NCBI GenBank assembly: GCA_002269645.1
Contig: NIVC01002691.1
Span: 28,555-92,554, forward strand
Length of the DNA stretch: 64,000 nt
Direction of reading: 5' to 3'
Origin: Macrostomum lignano
Lineage: Eukaryota
Part shown: piece by piece, positions 25,760 through 36,415 of the stretch
Numbering within the stretch: position 1 is the stretch's first letter
Layout of the letters: each line of letters begins with the position of its first letter
Notes under the pieces: model-generated
The model's input: the letters and a program-made list of their open reading frames with translations, nothing else
What the model was told of the DNA's origin: nothing
Database searches by the model: none
Position numbers and translations under genes: made by a program

Positions 25760-28700
25760 TTAGCTATTCATGACTTCATATATTTTAGCTACACCAGTGA
25801 GCTCTTTTCTGACTCTTTTTTCATTTGTAGCATATCCTAACTTGTGTACTTGCTTGTCATTTAAGAGGTACTGACAGAAGTATTTTTTTCTGATCTTTTC
25901 AGTTTGTGGACATTCGGTCAAGTAGTGTAGGATATCGGAACCATTTCTCGCTCCACACAGTCTGCATGCTTCATGAGAGAAAATGTTGGGTGTAATTTCG
26001 CATTTCAGTTTTAGGAGGGTTGTTAAGAATTTTTTGTTTCTAAAAGTGCATGGAAAGTAATCTGAAAGGTCGGGCCTGCAGATTTTTTTGTAGAGATAGG
26101 CGTTTTTGTAGAGTTTAATATGTTGCTGATTCTCTGGCTTTTGGCTAAGTTCTCTTTCTCTGTGTATCTTGAGGTGCTTTTTCACTAGGTATTTCTCGTT
26201 ATTAAAGCTTTGGGAAAGTTTATCTTCAGTTAGTGCTTTTAAGTCTATACTTTCCAGTTTCTTTAGTACATTTGTTTTCCATGGATTTTTTTGGCTGGTG
26301 TTTGAGTAGAAAATTTCTAGAGTCGTTTGGCAGAGTTTTTTGTGTCTAATCTTCAGCCAGTAGATGAGGTAGGTTTTAGCGATTCGTTGAGAGATTGGAG
26401 TAAGCTCAAGTTCTGATGATATCACACTGTTGCTAGCAAATTTTGGTAGATTGAGGAGATATTTGTAGAATTTCAGCTGAATATTATCAATAGCTTTTGT
26501 ATCAGACATGGTAGCCAGAGGGCCCCAGAGCTCACAACCGTAAGTGATAACGGGGGTAACAAGCGCGTCAAATAGTCTGCGAATGAGTGTGATGTCTAGG
26601 GACGTATTCTTTACCCTATGGAGTAGGGAAAACATGGCTGTATATCCCTGCTTAGTTTGGTGTTCAATACATTTTTTAAAGCTGTTTTTTGGTTCAAAAA
26701 TAATTCCCAGGTATTTAAATTCATTTACTTCCTCTATTTCTTGGTTGTCGTAGTATATTTTTGTAGCAATGCTTTCTGCGTCGTTTTTTTGTCTGGTATT
26801 GCCCTGCATGAACTTTGTTTTGCTTGCATTTACTTTCAAGTAATTTTGTTTGCAGTCATTTTCCATAGTCGTAAATGTGTCTTGAAGTTCGTCTTTGTTT
26901 TTAGCTAGAATGGCTTGATCGTCTGCAAAGAGTAGGATGAGTGGGAAAGCAGATCTCGTAAGAGAGCGCCTAGCGCTAGAGAGTTCAAGATATTCAACAA
27001 TGTCGTCAATATATAGTTCAAAAAGGATGGTAGAGAGAGGGTTGCCTTGAAGAACACCTTTTGATATTGGGATTGGCTGGGTTTCATCATCATCATCATC
27101 ATTTTTTAGAATGAAGCAGGCATTTTTATGCATGTTCTTGATAAGTTCCGTCATTTGACCTTTAATACCCTGGTTATCCGTTTTGTGCCAAAGGGTCGGT
27201 TGATTTAAGCTATCGAAGGCTTTTTCATAGTCAACAAATCCAATAAAGAGTTCTTCTTTGTTGTAGATGGATTGGTTTATAATGTTGTAAAGATTAAAAC
27301 ATTGGTCGATTGTGCTGTGATTGGGCTTGAAACCGTATTGGTATTTTGATATAAGATTGTTTGCGTATGCTAGGTTTTCGAGTCTGGATTTAATAATTTG
27401 GCAAAAGAGCTTGCCAAGAATTGGTTGAATGCAGATTCCTCTGTAATTGTTGGGGTCGGCACTGCTGCCTTTGTTTTTATAAATCGGATGAAGTGTATTT
27501 GTTATCCAACTAGTTGGGAAGGTTCCTTGTTTGAGTGCTTCGTTGAAAAGTGAGCATAGGAGGTCAGCAAGTTCGTTCTCGAGGTATTTGAGTGTTTCTA
27601 CATATACTTTATCGTGCCCAGGTGCTTTGTCGGTTTTGAGCTTTTTAATATGTTTTATAACTTCTTCTTTGGTGAATGGGGCATTGAAATCCTCTAAATC
27701 AGCCAGAATAGGGTTGTCAAGGTGAAGATTGTATGAAAGTCTAATGCTGCTGTCTTGTTCAGTTACAAGATTTTGAAAGTGTATGATAAATTTTTCATCA
27801 ATTGTTACTCTGTTGTTTGAGGGATTTGGTGTTTTTAATAAGTTCCAAAGTTGTTTTGTATCGTTTTGAATAAAGGCTTGGTTGATCATGTTGTCTGCAC
27901 AGAGAGTTGTTTCAAATTTCCATGAAGTGAGCTTTTTTTCGTATGCTTTTTTGAGTTGTACTTTGCTTGAGAGGTTGTTGGGAGTAGGGAAGGTTTTATA
28001 TCTTCTGCAGGCATGTCTAGCAGCGTTTCTTAAATCTTTAAGGAAGCTAGGCAGTGTTGAGCATAGTGGGTTCTTTATCTCTACTGTGATGTTGTTTTGA
28101 ATTTGTCTAACTTTTCTACTTAATTCATTTATAAAAGCTGGGTTTTGTATGTCTGGATTTGTGATTTTGTCATTCATGTTTTTCAGGTCATTTGCGAAGT
28201 TATTGATATGTTTTTCTTGTTGCAGGTTGGGTTTATGTGACTTTTTTAGGACTCTGTATCTCGTTTTCGAGTTATTGGTTGCTTGTTTAGTTTCTGTGAT
28301 TTCCTCTGTGAATTCACTTGATAGGGAGAGCACTATTTGGTTGTGGTCGCTAAAGTAGGTGTGATTCTTTACTTTAAAGTCTTCGAGGTGTTGGAGTAAG
28401 CTGGTAGAGACGAAACAGAGATCTATAACAGAGGAACCAGATTTTGAGAGAAAGGTGAATTCACCATTTGTGTCTGATAATGATCTACCATTGATTAGAT
28501 GCAGGTTGTATGAGTCAGTAATCTGGTTAAGTAGTCTACCATTTTTGCAGGTTTTCTTGTCTTGGCTTTGTCTAGTAAGTGAGATGTTTTTTGCTCTGGT
28601 GGTATATATTGAATTTAAATCTATGTACGAGGTATTGTATATATGAGCATTGAAGTCTCCAATAAGGAAGATGTTTTCTTCGGAGTGGTAAGCATCCAGG

Positions 28701-29362
28701 AGAATTGTTAACTGTTCCCAATTTTCTTCTTCATAATATTTTGAAGACAGTGGGGGTATATAGGCGTTTATTAAGGTAAAGCTTTTGTTTTTATCCTTTT
28801 TGTGTTTAAAATTTAGTGTCAAGAAGTTTTTATAATGTTTGAATGATTCTGTAACATTGTATTGTGTATCTAGTGACTTTTTGTAAGCTGTTAATAATCC
28901 ACCAGAAGCTCTGCCAATGAATTTACAGCCTTTTTTGTTTGCAGGCTTTTGGTATGTCATGTAGTTTTCAGACAGGTTGTTGATTTTGAGTCGCTTGTTT
29001 TCATTTTTTGTGTCTATTATCCAAGTTTCTTGAAGGCAGAGAATATTATTCTTAAAAATTGATTCAGTTTCCAGTAGTTCAAGTTTGGGAATCATCACAG
29101 AGTCTTTTATTGTGTAAAGTCCATTGATATTCCAGCTGCTAATAGTAAATTTTTCTTTATCAATTTTTTGGATAATATTAAATTCAAGGAGTTTTGATTT
29201 GATATTGTAAGGAATTTTTTTGATCTTTTGAGCATTGTTATTTCTAATAGAAATGAGGTACTCTCTAGTGTATTGTATCCGCTTTTCATTTGCCTGGATA
29301 ATATTTTGACTATTTTGACCATTAAGTGTTGGGGTATTTAAGTCACAGTTTACAGAGGAAGT
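25760..29362 (-). CDS. LINE ORF2: AP endonuclease, reverse transcriptase and C-terminal Cys/His motif (open frame of 1200 codons)
   Basis: APE motifs SSWNING, LCLQETW, IGDFNAH, SVIDL, FSDH; RT motifs KAPGHD, QYGFK, FVDYEKAFDS, GVLQGNPLS, LFADD, FKYLG; C-terminal CRLC...HYLTEC. Manual translation shows no stop between 29362 and 25763. Confidence 0.95.
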   Translation of the reverse strand, partial: TSSVNCDLNTPTLNGQNSQNIIQANEKRIQYTREYLISIRNNNAQKIKKIPYNIKSKLLEFNIIQKIDKEKFTISSWNINGLYTIKDSVMIPKLELLETESIFKNNILCLQETWIIDTKNENKRLKINNLSENYMTYQKPANKKGCKFIGRASGGLLTAYKKSLDTQYNVTESFKHYKNFLTLNFKHKKDKNKSFTLINAYIPPLSSKYYEEENWEQLTILLDAYHSEENIFLIGDFNAHIYNTSYIDLNSIYTTRAKNISLTRQSQDKKTCKNGRLLNQITDSYNLHLINGRSLSDTNGEFTFLSKSGSSVIDLCFVSTSLLQHLEDFKVKNHTYFSDHNQIVLSLSSEFTEEITETKQATNNSKTRYRVLKKSHKPNLQQEKHINNFANDLKNMNDKITNPDIQNPAFINELSRKVRQIQNNITVEIKNPLCSTLPSFLKDLRNAARHACRRYKTFPTPNNLSSKVQLKKAYEKKLTSWKFETTLCADNMINQAFIQNDTKQLWNLLKTPNPSNNRVTIDEKFIIHFQNLVTEQDSSIRLSYNLHLDNPILADLEDFNAPFTKEEVIKHIKKLKTDKAPGHDKVYVETLKYLENELADLLCSLFNEALKQGTFPTSWITNTLHPIYKNKGSSADPNNYRGICIQPILGKLFCQIIKSRLENLAYANNLISKYQYGFKPNHSTIDQCFNLYNIINQSIYNKEELFIGFVDYEKAFDSLNQPTLWHKTDNQGIKGQMTELIKNMHKNACFILKNDDDDDETQPIPISKGVLQGNPLSTILFELYIDDIVEYLELSSARRSLTRSAFPLILLFADDQAILAKNKDELQDTFTTMENDCKQNYLKVNASKTKFMQGNTRQKNDAESIATKIYYDNQEIEEVNEFKYLGIIFEPKNSFKKCIEHQTKQGYTAMFSLLHRVKNTSLDITLIRRLFDALVTPVITYGCELWGPLATMSDTKAIDNIQLKFYKYLLNLPKFASNSVISSELELTPISQRIAKTYLIYWLKIRHKKLCQTTLEIFYSNTSQKNPWKTNVLKKLESIDLKALTEDKLSQSFNNEKYLVKKHLKIHRERELSQKPENQQHIKLYKNAYLYKKICRPDLSDYFPCTFRNKKFLTTLLKLKCEITPNIFSHEACRLCGARNGSDILHYLTECPQTEKIRKKYFCQYLLNDKQVHKLGYATNEKRVRKELTGVAKIYEVMNS

Positions 29363-30034
29363 TCAGTAGGTTTTAATGAAGGGAACTCCCCTCTTATAGC
29401 CAATTCGGATGTTTTTCTCACCATTTTCTTGACGAGTCTTAAGCTCTTTAACAATCTTCTGCTTATATGCCCGTTCCTTTTCTGTTAAGTCGTTCTCGAT
29501 CCGAATACGGGAGTAGGCAGAGCCAGTTTCGCGCAGGTTTCTCAGATTACCGAAGAAGGCCGCTTTGTCGCTATCGTTGACCAGCCGAACAACGAGGGGC
29601 CTTGGTCGATTGCTGAGAGGTTGTTCGCGACCGATCCGCCTGGTGGCGACAATTGGGACAGTTGCGGGGGACACTTTGAGCCCATCCTGCATAAAGTCCT
29701 CGAGCTTAGCGTCTTCTTGGAGTCCAAAAACTATGATGTTATTCTTCTTTATACCGCGCTGCCTGACTTCCTCCACGATTTCATCAAAGCTGATGTCGTA
29801 GGTGACAGTTTGCTTCCCACTCTCAATCGACTCTAGCTCTTCTATGCGTTCTTCGAGGGCCGTCAGCTTGACTTTGAGGTCTTTAAGCAGCTCCATGCTG
29901 TTAAGTAGCGCGCGGGCATGGGTCTTGCAATCTCGGCAAGTCCATATGAGACCATTATCGCTAGGGCCATTTGCGATGGCGGTGAAAATTGGCTTTGCTA
30001 GGCCGGAGCAGGACTGGTGGCACCAGCGGTGACA
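29363..30034 (-). CDS. LINE ORF1 (partial PHD finger, coiled coil, L1-like RRM/CTD region); first ATG at 29896
   Basis: KKNNIIVFGL, RRIG, RPRPLVVRL, IENDLTEKER and IGYKRGVP are typical of CR1-group ORF1. The upstream in-frame sequence reads CHRWCHQSCSGL...IWTCRDC. Confidence 0.85.
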   Translation of the reverse strand, partial: CHRWCHQSCSGLAKPIFTAIANGPSDNGLIWTCRDCKTHARALLNSMELLKDLKVKLTALEERIEELESIESGKQTVTYDISFDEIVEEVRQRGIKKNNIIVFGLQEDAKLEDFMQDGLKVSPATVPIVATRRIGREQPLSNRPRPLVVRLVNDSDKAAFFGNLRNLRETGSAYSRIRIENDLTEKERAYKQKIVKELKTRQENGEKNIRIGYKRGVPFIKTY

Positions 30035-30322
30035 GCTTCTCGGTTCAGTTCCGAAATTTAAATTAATTCACTCCGGATTGCCTCTAAATAGTTAGTGTAT
30101 AAACAAAGTAAAAACATTTCTGCTCCAATTGCACTTAAACAGCAAATAAAAAAGCATTGCCATTGCAATAAATATTTAAATTATATTATTTTTGATGATA
30201 GTTTTACATTTTATTGCAATTTTTTCGTCAGTCATTTTAGCGCGCATATGAAACTTATGCATACGAAATTCAAAAGCACATTGCTTTCGAATTGCAAGCT
30301 TGGAGAATGCCTAAGGCAAAGG

Positions 30323-30502
30323 CAGTGGCGCAACCAGGTGGGGGGCGGGGGCGGTCGCCCCCCTCTTATAGGCGCGGAGACCCAAAAAATCAAAGAATCA
30401 GAGGGGGGACCAAGCGAATTTTCGCCAAAACAGAGCCACCCCTCTCCCGGGACTTTACCCTCCAAAATCCGCCCCCTCATAAAATTTCTGGTTGCACTAC
30501 TG
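30323..30502. mobile_element. 180-bp MITE with imperfect 15-bp TIRs (CAGTGGCGCAACCAG / CTGGTTGCACTACTG)
   Basis: Inverted termini with a G-rich/C-rich interior; no clear TSD. Confidence 0.6.
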
Positions 30503-30959
30503 AACGAAAGTTTCCTTACACACCCTCTCTTCAATATAAATTTATAATTATATTATATTTCAATATAAAATTATAATATTTTACATATTATAATTATAAT
30601 TTTAATTTTAATTTTAATTACATGTACATATAATTATATAATTAAAAAAGATATTTAATTTATCTGCACTTTCTTTGAAAATTTAATCTCATAAGAATAA
30701 AATATAAGCATAAAAGTCATGCTCAAATGTCTTTTGCTGAGCAAAACTGTCACTCTATAATGATGGTATTAAATATTTACGCGTAGATGAACTTTGTTTT
30801 TGTTTTTAGTTACTCTTAAGACTAGAAAAAAAATTACCTGGGACTATATGAAGTATAACTTGTTTTAACTAATTGTTTTACTTAAATGAATAAAAAATAT
30901 ATACACTGTAAAAGTTAGCTCATAACAGCAACAACAACAACAAATTATGCAGCTAGCAA

Positions 30960-31400
30960 TCAAAGTCACAGAGCAGGGTGCTTCAGATGGCGCGCCGCAG
31001 AGCCTGAGAGCGGACGAAGTCCGCCCCGTTGGCAGTGTCGGGCGCCCTGGCGTCGCGTACGTAGGAGGCAGTCCACGTATCGACGGGTTTGGGCCTGACC
31101 CCGCCTGAGCGGGCCCTGCAGAGTGAGCAACAGGACGTCCTGAACAGGTTGGCGTGTTGACAACCAGTCCGACGCTCAATGCCACCTTGACCAACCTGTC
31201 GATCTGGCGGGATGCCACCTTGAACGGACGAGGACAGGAGGGCGAGTTCGTCGGCGTAGCCAAGCAAATAATAATAAGGCGCTTTTCGCCGTGGCGGCGA
31301 CCGATGCGTCTGCGCAGCGCAGGAAGCCGTCGTTAGTCGAGGAGACTGCGGTCCGAAGCACCCAGTGGCAGCAGCACGAAGAGAAACGGCGCCAAAGTGT
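30960..31400 (-). pseudogene. Decayed RTE-like LINE reverse transcriptase fragment
   Basis: Across frameshifts: GDTLAPFLFVLL, WVLRTA...DGFL, RRRIGRRHGEKRL, LGYADELALLSSSV, RQIDRLVKVALSVGLVVNT. Confidence 0.75.
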
Positions 31401-32009
31401 CGCCATGCAGAACTCCTGATGAAGTGTCGAACTGATGATGATTTACATGTATGTAATCGCCCTACTAGTGAACCGTCTTCTCATGGGGGAAGGATCAGAT
31501 CGTATGACTATGGATGGCTGCCAGCCGTCTATGACCAGACTATGACCGACAGATCGCCCTTCAGGTTGTCCCGCCCATGCATATTGATCTAACAATTTTT
31601 GGTAGTGCTATATTAGAGACGCGGTAAGGACCCAAATGTGCCCCATCGATAGCTAAGTTGCAAATATTGATCATCGGGTTATTGCATGACCCACTGGCTG
31701 CCACCACTCTGTGACCTGGCGAACCTGGATCTACGGTATGACCAGACCTGGCGAGGCCGGAGCCCCGCCTGGGATGGGTATCAAGGGTTGGAGCTAGCGG
31801 CGAGCAGCATGCAGCCGAATAGCTATAATAGGAATCTGCTTGGGCACAAATCGGGAACTCCGGGATCATACAGACGGATTTTTATCAGGGGATCCTTTTA
31901 AGGCTGTGATGACATACGGTTCAGATTGCAAAAAGTACATGTAGTGTATAGAGAAAACGTAGAACAGCTATACATGTACATCTAGTTTGGATTGATCAAT
32001 GGGTTCGGG

Positions 32010-32290
32010 CCTGGCTCCTCATATGAAAGGTTTTCCTCTCCACATGGAGCACCAGACCGCTGATGTGATGAACCACTGCTGGCAGCGTGCGTCTGCGTCG
32101 TGGCATGTCAGGTCCGCTGATACGTCAGCAGACACAGTCAACATCTCGGTCTTCAATATGCTGACAACGCTTGAACCCACCTCTTTCTGTGCTTTCAACA
32201 GACGAGAAAAAGAGGCTGAGGTCGCCAGCGTTGCCAAACAAGCTTAGGTGTTTTTTGCCGCTGTGGCGAACGATGCGTCTCCACAACAGA
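32010..32290 (-). pseudogene. Second, more decayed RTE-like RT fragment
   Basis: Nucleotide similarity to 31250-31320; translations FGNAGDLSLFFSSVES and VGSSVVSILKTEMLTV. Confidence 0.55.
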
Positions 32291-32304
32291 TAAAAAAAGC
32301 AGGA

Positions 32305-32500
32305 AGAAATCTCTCCATTTCAGCATTCGAGGTGTGCCACGAAGCTCACAGATGTTCAATTGAAAAGATATTTTTGGTGTAAGGTCTACTCAGATGTTAT
32401 ATTGCAAAAATGCTTTTAGTTTAATTTTAAAAAGATTTTCCTTGCTGTAGTATGCATTTGATTTTTTTGTACAGTCACCATCTACGTCGTAAATTCTAAA
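32305..32500. repeat. 197-bp tandem repeat, unit 1 (units 2 and partial 3 lie at 35474-35834)
   Basis: Near-identical CTCCATTTCAGCATTCGAGG...AATTCTAAA units on both sides of the Chapaev element. Confidence 0.92.
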
Positions 32501-35469
32501 CACGCCTATGCAGAAGCTGAAAAATGGGGAAAGAAAATTCCCTAAGAAACTAATGCTTTTCCCAGCCCCAAGGACCTATGCAGATTTCAAAAACAGTGTC
32601 AGACAAATCTAATCGCCTTGTCAAAAATGGTAATATGAATTTTTATATTATATGCAAATTACATGTAAGATGATAGATATTTAAGGCGAAACCCATCGAT
32701 AATATTAATGTTAATATAAGTTCGTAGTTTTAATATTATTTTTAATCATTAAAGGAACGTGCAAATGTATTAGTATTAATATTATAAAATGAGAACCATG
32801 CACTTATTATTGCTAATGTCCGTATGGAATAAAGTGCGCATGGATATTAAGTACACAAGCTAAATCCTAGAAATCTTGGCAGGCATGAAAATGCTTGACA
32901 TCAAATATGGCTGGAATTGTAGCTAACAACTGCGCGCAGCAGGCATTCTGCATACTGCAAATGCCCCAGAGGCCTGCAAAACCGCTGCCACGTCGAACGA
33001 AAGTCGCTGTGTGCAGACTCGACTGCCTGCTCACTGAAGGTCCCAAGGCCTGAGTTGAATCGCTCGCAGAACTCCGGAACATGGTGGAAAAGGGCGTGCA
33101 TCTTAGGTGTCGGCACCAGCTTCAGTTCAGCGCAGCAGGATTCCAGCTGGGCAATCTTCTGGCAAAAGTCGCTCATCAGCTGTTGCCCAAAGCATGCTTG
33201 GCGAACAGCATCGAATGCCATGAGAGCAGACGCATAGCCCTGGAGCCTTGATGGCAGGTTGCTCTTGAGCTCTTGAGCTTTAAGCAGCAATCTGACACAC
33301 GCAGGGCCTTCCAGACACCCGCCGTGGTACTGCTCGCGACAGATTCCAGCTGAATGCGCCCACTTGTATGCCTTGTCGTCGCCTCAAGCTGAGTTCAGCT
33401 GATCGAGCAGTTTGTTGGTCACACCAAGCATGATGTGCAGCTCTGGTGGTGGCACGAGGTCCAGCATTGGCGTAGAATCAGCCCCAGGGAGAAGAGGCTG
33501 TCTGACACAGCTTGCGTAGTTTCTTGCCAGTCGCTGGCAGCTACCAGCAGCCTCGAATGCCGTGGCCATCCGACGAATGGATCCAAGGGTTCTTATGGAA
33601 CCGGCAACTTGCCACGGCGCCTGCCCCTCACAGTAGAGACAAGGATGAGCTGCGGCATGACTTTGAAGGCCACACAGGATGTTGGCTAGCTTGAAGTCGC
33701 AAGCGACTGTGAACTTAATCGATGTCAAGTCTAGCTCATCTAGAAGTGCTCGCACATTTGCATAGTTCTCCTGGACATCCTCAGCAATCGCGATGATAAA
33801 CAGTTTTTTTACGCCAAAGTTGCTTATTCGCGACTCCCTGCTCAGCTTCTTAGGTGTGGACTCTGCCTGTGGTTCGGTAGGCAGTACTGGGGCGACACTA
33901 AGGCAGATTTTTAGCGAGCCACCACCTCCGTCCATCCCCAGCTTCAATCTCACATCGAACTCACTAAATCCTCGCTTTGAGCAAATGAAGCTCAGCAGTC
34001 CCTGCAGATCGGGGCATATGACGGAACATCTTGTGGTATCAGTAAAGCTGCCACCTGAGGACTTTTGAGTGAATTTGAGCTGCCGCATCTCAAAAAAACT
34101 CTCCGCGATGCTGCCTGCGGCTGCCAGAGCTGCCCGCAGTCCGGGTTGCACGGCCTTACGACTGCCCTCCGCCTGCCTGATAATTGTGGCTGCCATGTTT
34201 GTCTGCCGGTCACTCAGATTGAGAGATGTCTTTAACGTTACTAGTGTCTCGGTCCTCAGCGCTCTCTGCTCATTTGAATCACTTGCATGCCTCAGCTGCA
34301 TTGGTGGGCCACCGGTGGCGCTGGAAATAGAAGCCGTTGATCCATGTCCTGATGCTGCTGCTGCTCTTAGCTTTTCACGCATCACGTCATGAGCGATGTG
34401 CTCTTTTGATGTAGGGCTGAGCGTGCGCAGGTACTGCAACTTGCTGGAGACGCTGCACTCGTGCCTTAGGCCTTTGCCCACAAGTGAGTGGCACCTAGTG
34501 CAGCGCTTCTCCGAGTCTCTGTCCTGGCTTCGAGTTGTTTCTGCAGGTCGTCCTTGGGGCAATTTATGGTTGGCCCGGCTGCTGTCAGACATGTATGGGT
34601 GCCAGACCGCCACCCGCTTGTTTGATGGGCTGGAAACTACCTGGCAGATACAGCAGGAGCAGTGCGGATGCTCACGTGTGAGTTGTGGCAAAACCTCCAA
34701 ATCTGCAACAATTTGAAGGTATGGCAGTCGAGCAGGCAGTTCTTGCGGTACAGGTGACGTCTGTGACTGCAATTTCTTGATGCAGCAGCTGCACATGCCT
34801 CCTGGCAGAGTATTACGGATGTAGGCATGACAGAATTCTGACAGGATAAATTGCTCGATGAGTTCTGCCTGAGCAGCTGAAATAACGCGATCGGCTTTGC
34901 GGAAGCAGAGGATGCAGCACCAGATACGATTCTCTTCATGTGTGCGTCGAAAGTTTGGCATCGCGAGGCCAGAGAACTGATTTGAGTACTGAGGGTAATT
35001 GTTTCAATTGACTGCAACTTTATTTTCAAAGGAAGTCTGCGTGTTAGCAAACTTGTGATAAGAGGCATGTTCTACTTTATGAATGTACATAGTCTGTTCA
35101 TTGTTTCTCAATCCCTTAATCACAATAGATCTCAATAAATATGTACATTTGAGTTGTCTGCCAAAATTTCTATCTAATAATGTACAGCATTATATAACGC
35201 CCTTAAATTTATGCTCTAAACTTTGCAATTGATGCCTGCTCTTGTTACGCAATTGTTTTCAGTACTTGCAATGGCGCAACTGACGAATCTAATACTGAAC
35301 ATGCAGCTGAGAACACATAATTTCAATTTTCCATTCTATTATTTTTGGACAAGGCGATTAGATTTGTCTGACACTGTTTTTGGAATCTGCATGGGTCCTT
35401 GGGGCTGGGAAAAGCATTAGTTTCTTAGGGAATTTTCTTTCCCCATTTTTCAGCTTCTGCATAGGCGTG
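32501..35469 (-). mobile_element. Full-length Chapaev-type DNA transposon (2969 bp), ~122-bp TIRs starting CACG, 4-bp TSD TAAA
   Basis: TIRs 32501-32622 and 35348-35469, first 76 bp identical; TAAA at 32497-32500 and 35470-35473; transposase ORF inside. Confidence 0.9.
32901..34961 (-). pseudogene. Chapaev/Transib-RAG1-like DDE transposase, 686 codons with one in-frame TGA at 33384-33386
   Basis: N-terminal H-x7-C-x2-C-x33-P-x3-C-x2-C zinc finger; GMDGG (D1), ACDFKL...HPCLYC (D2), PPELHIMLG, YHGG, PKMHALFHHVPEF, FSEQAVESAH (E). The two ORF-track pieces are in one frame, linked by ...LNSA*GDDKAYKW... Confidence 0.88.
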
Positions 35470-35473
35470 TAAA

Positions 35474-35834
35474 GAAAATTCACTCCATTTCAGCATTCGA
35501 GGTGTGCCACGAAGCTCACAGATGTTCAATTGAAAAGATATTTTTAGTGTAAGGTCTACTCAGATGTTATATTGCAAAAATGCTTTTAGTTTAATTTTAA
35601 AAAGATTTTCCTTGCTGTAGTATGCATTTGATTTTTTTGTACAGTCACCATCTACGTCGTAAATTCTAAAGAAAATTCTCTCCATTTCAGCATTCGAGGT
35701 GTGCCACGAAGCTCACAGATGTTCAATTGAAAAGATATTTTTAGTGTAAGGTCTACTCAGATGTTATATTCCAAAAATGCTTTTAGTTTAATTTTAAAAA
35801 GATTTTCCTCGCTGTAGTATGCATTTGATTTTTT
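35474..35834. repeat. 197-bp tandem repeat, units 2 and partial 3
   Basis: 35474-35670 repeats at 35671-35834 and matches 32305-32500. Confidence 0.92.
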
Positions 35835-36415
35835 GTTTATTTATTTTCGTGGAACTGAACGTGGAACTGAACGTGGAACTGAAAATCCGGTCATACTAAA
35901 GCTTTGTAGAAAAAGGTAAATTTAAAAAAATTACATATTACGTACGATGTAGAATAACACTACGCATGTTATCAGAAAATATATGCATATAGTTGGAATT
36001 AACTAGTTCAACATAATATTAAATTTCTTATATCAAAGAGAGATAATTTAATTTTAACTGGGTTTGAGTGCAGACTAGACCTGTATTGTAATGCATTTTT
36101 AATTAAATAAATAATTAAATTTCAAACCAAAATCTTTCTCGTTCGGTCTAATAAATGATCCATTTTTCAATTGTTAAAAAAGACCTGACCTGAATAGTGA
36201 TAGGCATGATAAGTTTCAATTATAGTGGTCATTCGTGATACTGATAGCAACACGGGATTGACATAATCGATACGACGATATGTATAATGTAATGTATGAT
36301 TTACTGTGGTCGTGGATAAATACTTACACTCAGACTCAGCTCAGTTAGTCCAGTACCAGTCATGTGCATTGTGTAGCAGTGTAGGCAGTAGGCATATATA
36401 TTATGGTGCTCTTAC

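Larger units (their letters stand above)
25710..30040 (-). mobile_element. Non-LTR retrotransposon (CR1/L2-group LINE), 5'-truncated inside ORF1
   Basis: ORF1 plus APE-RT ORF2; AATAAA about 40 bp after the ORF2 stop; only the C-terminal half of the ORF1 PHD finger is present. Confidence 0.92.

Noticed and set aside
29107-29322. 71-aa ORF as an independent gene
   Set aside because: It is an alternative frame of the LINE inter-ORF region; noted only as a possible uORF.
29363-33386. UGA reassigned to a sense codon, suggested by in-frame TGAs in both the LINE and Chapaev
   Set aside because: Dymeclin, the GPCR, the hAT transposase and the membrane gene all end at TGA, so UGA is a normal stop here.
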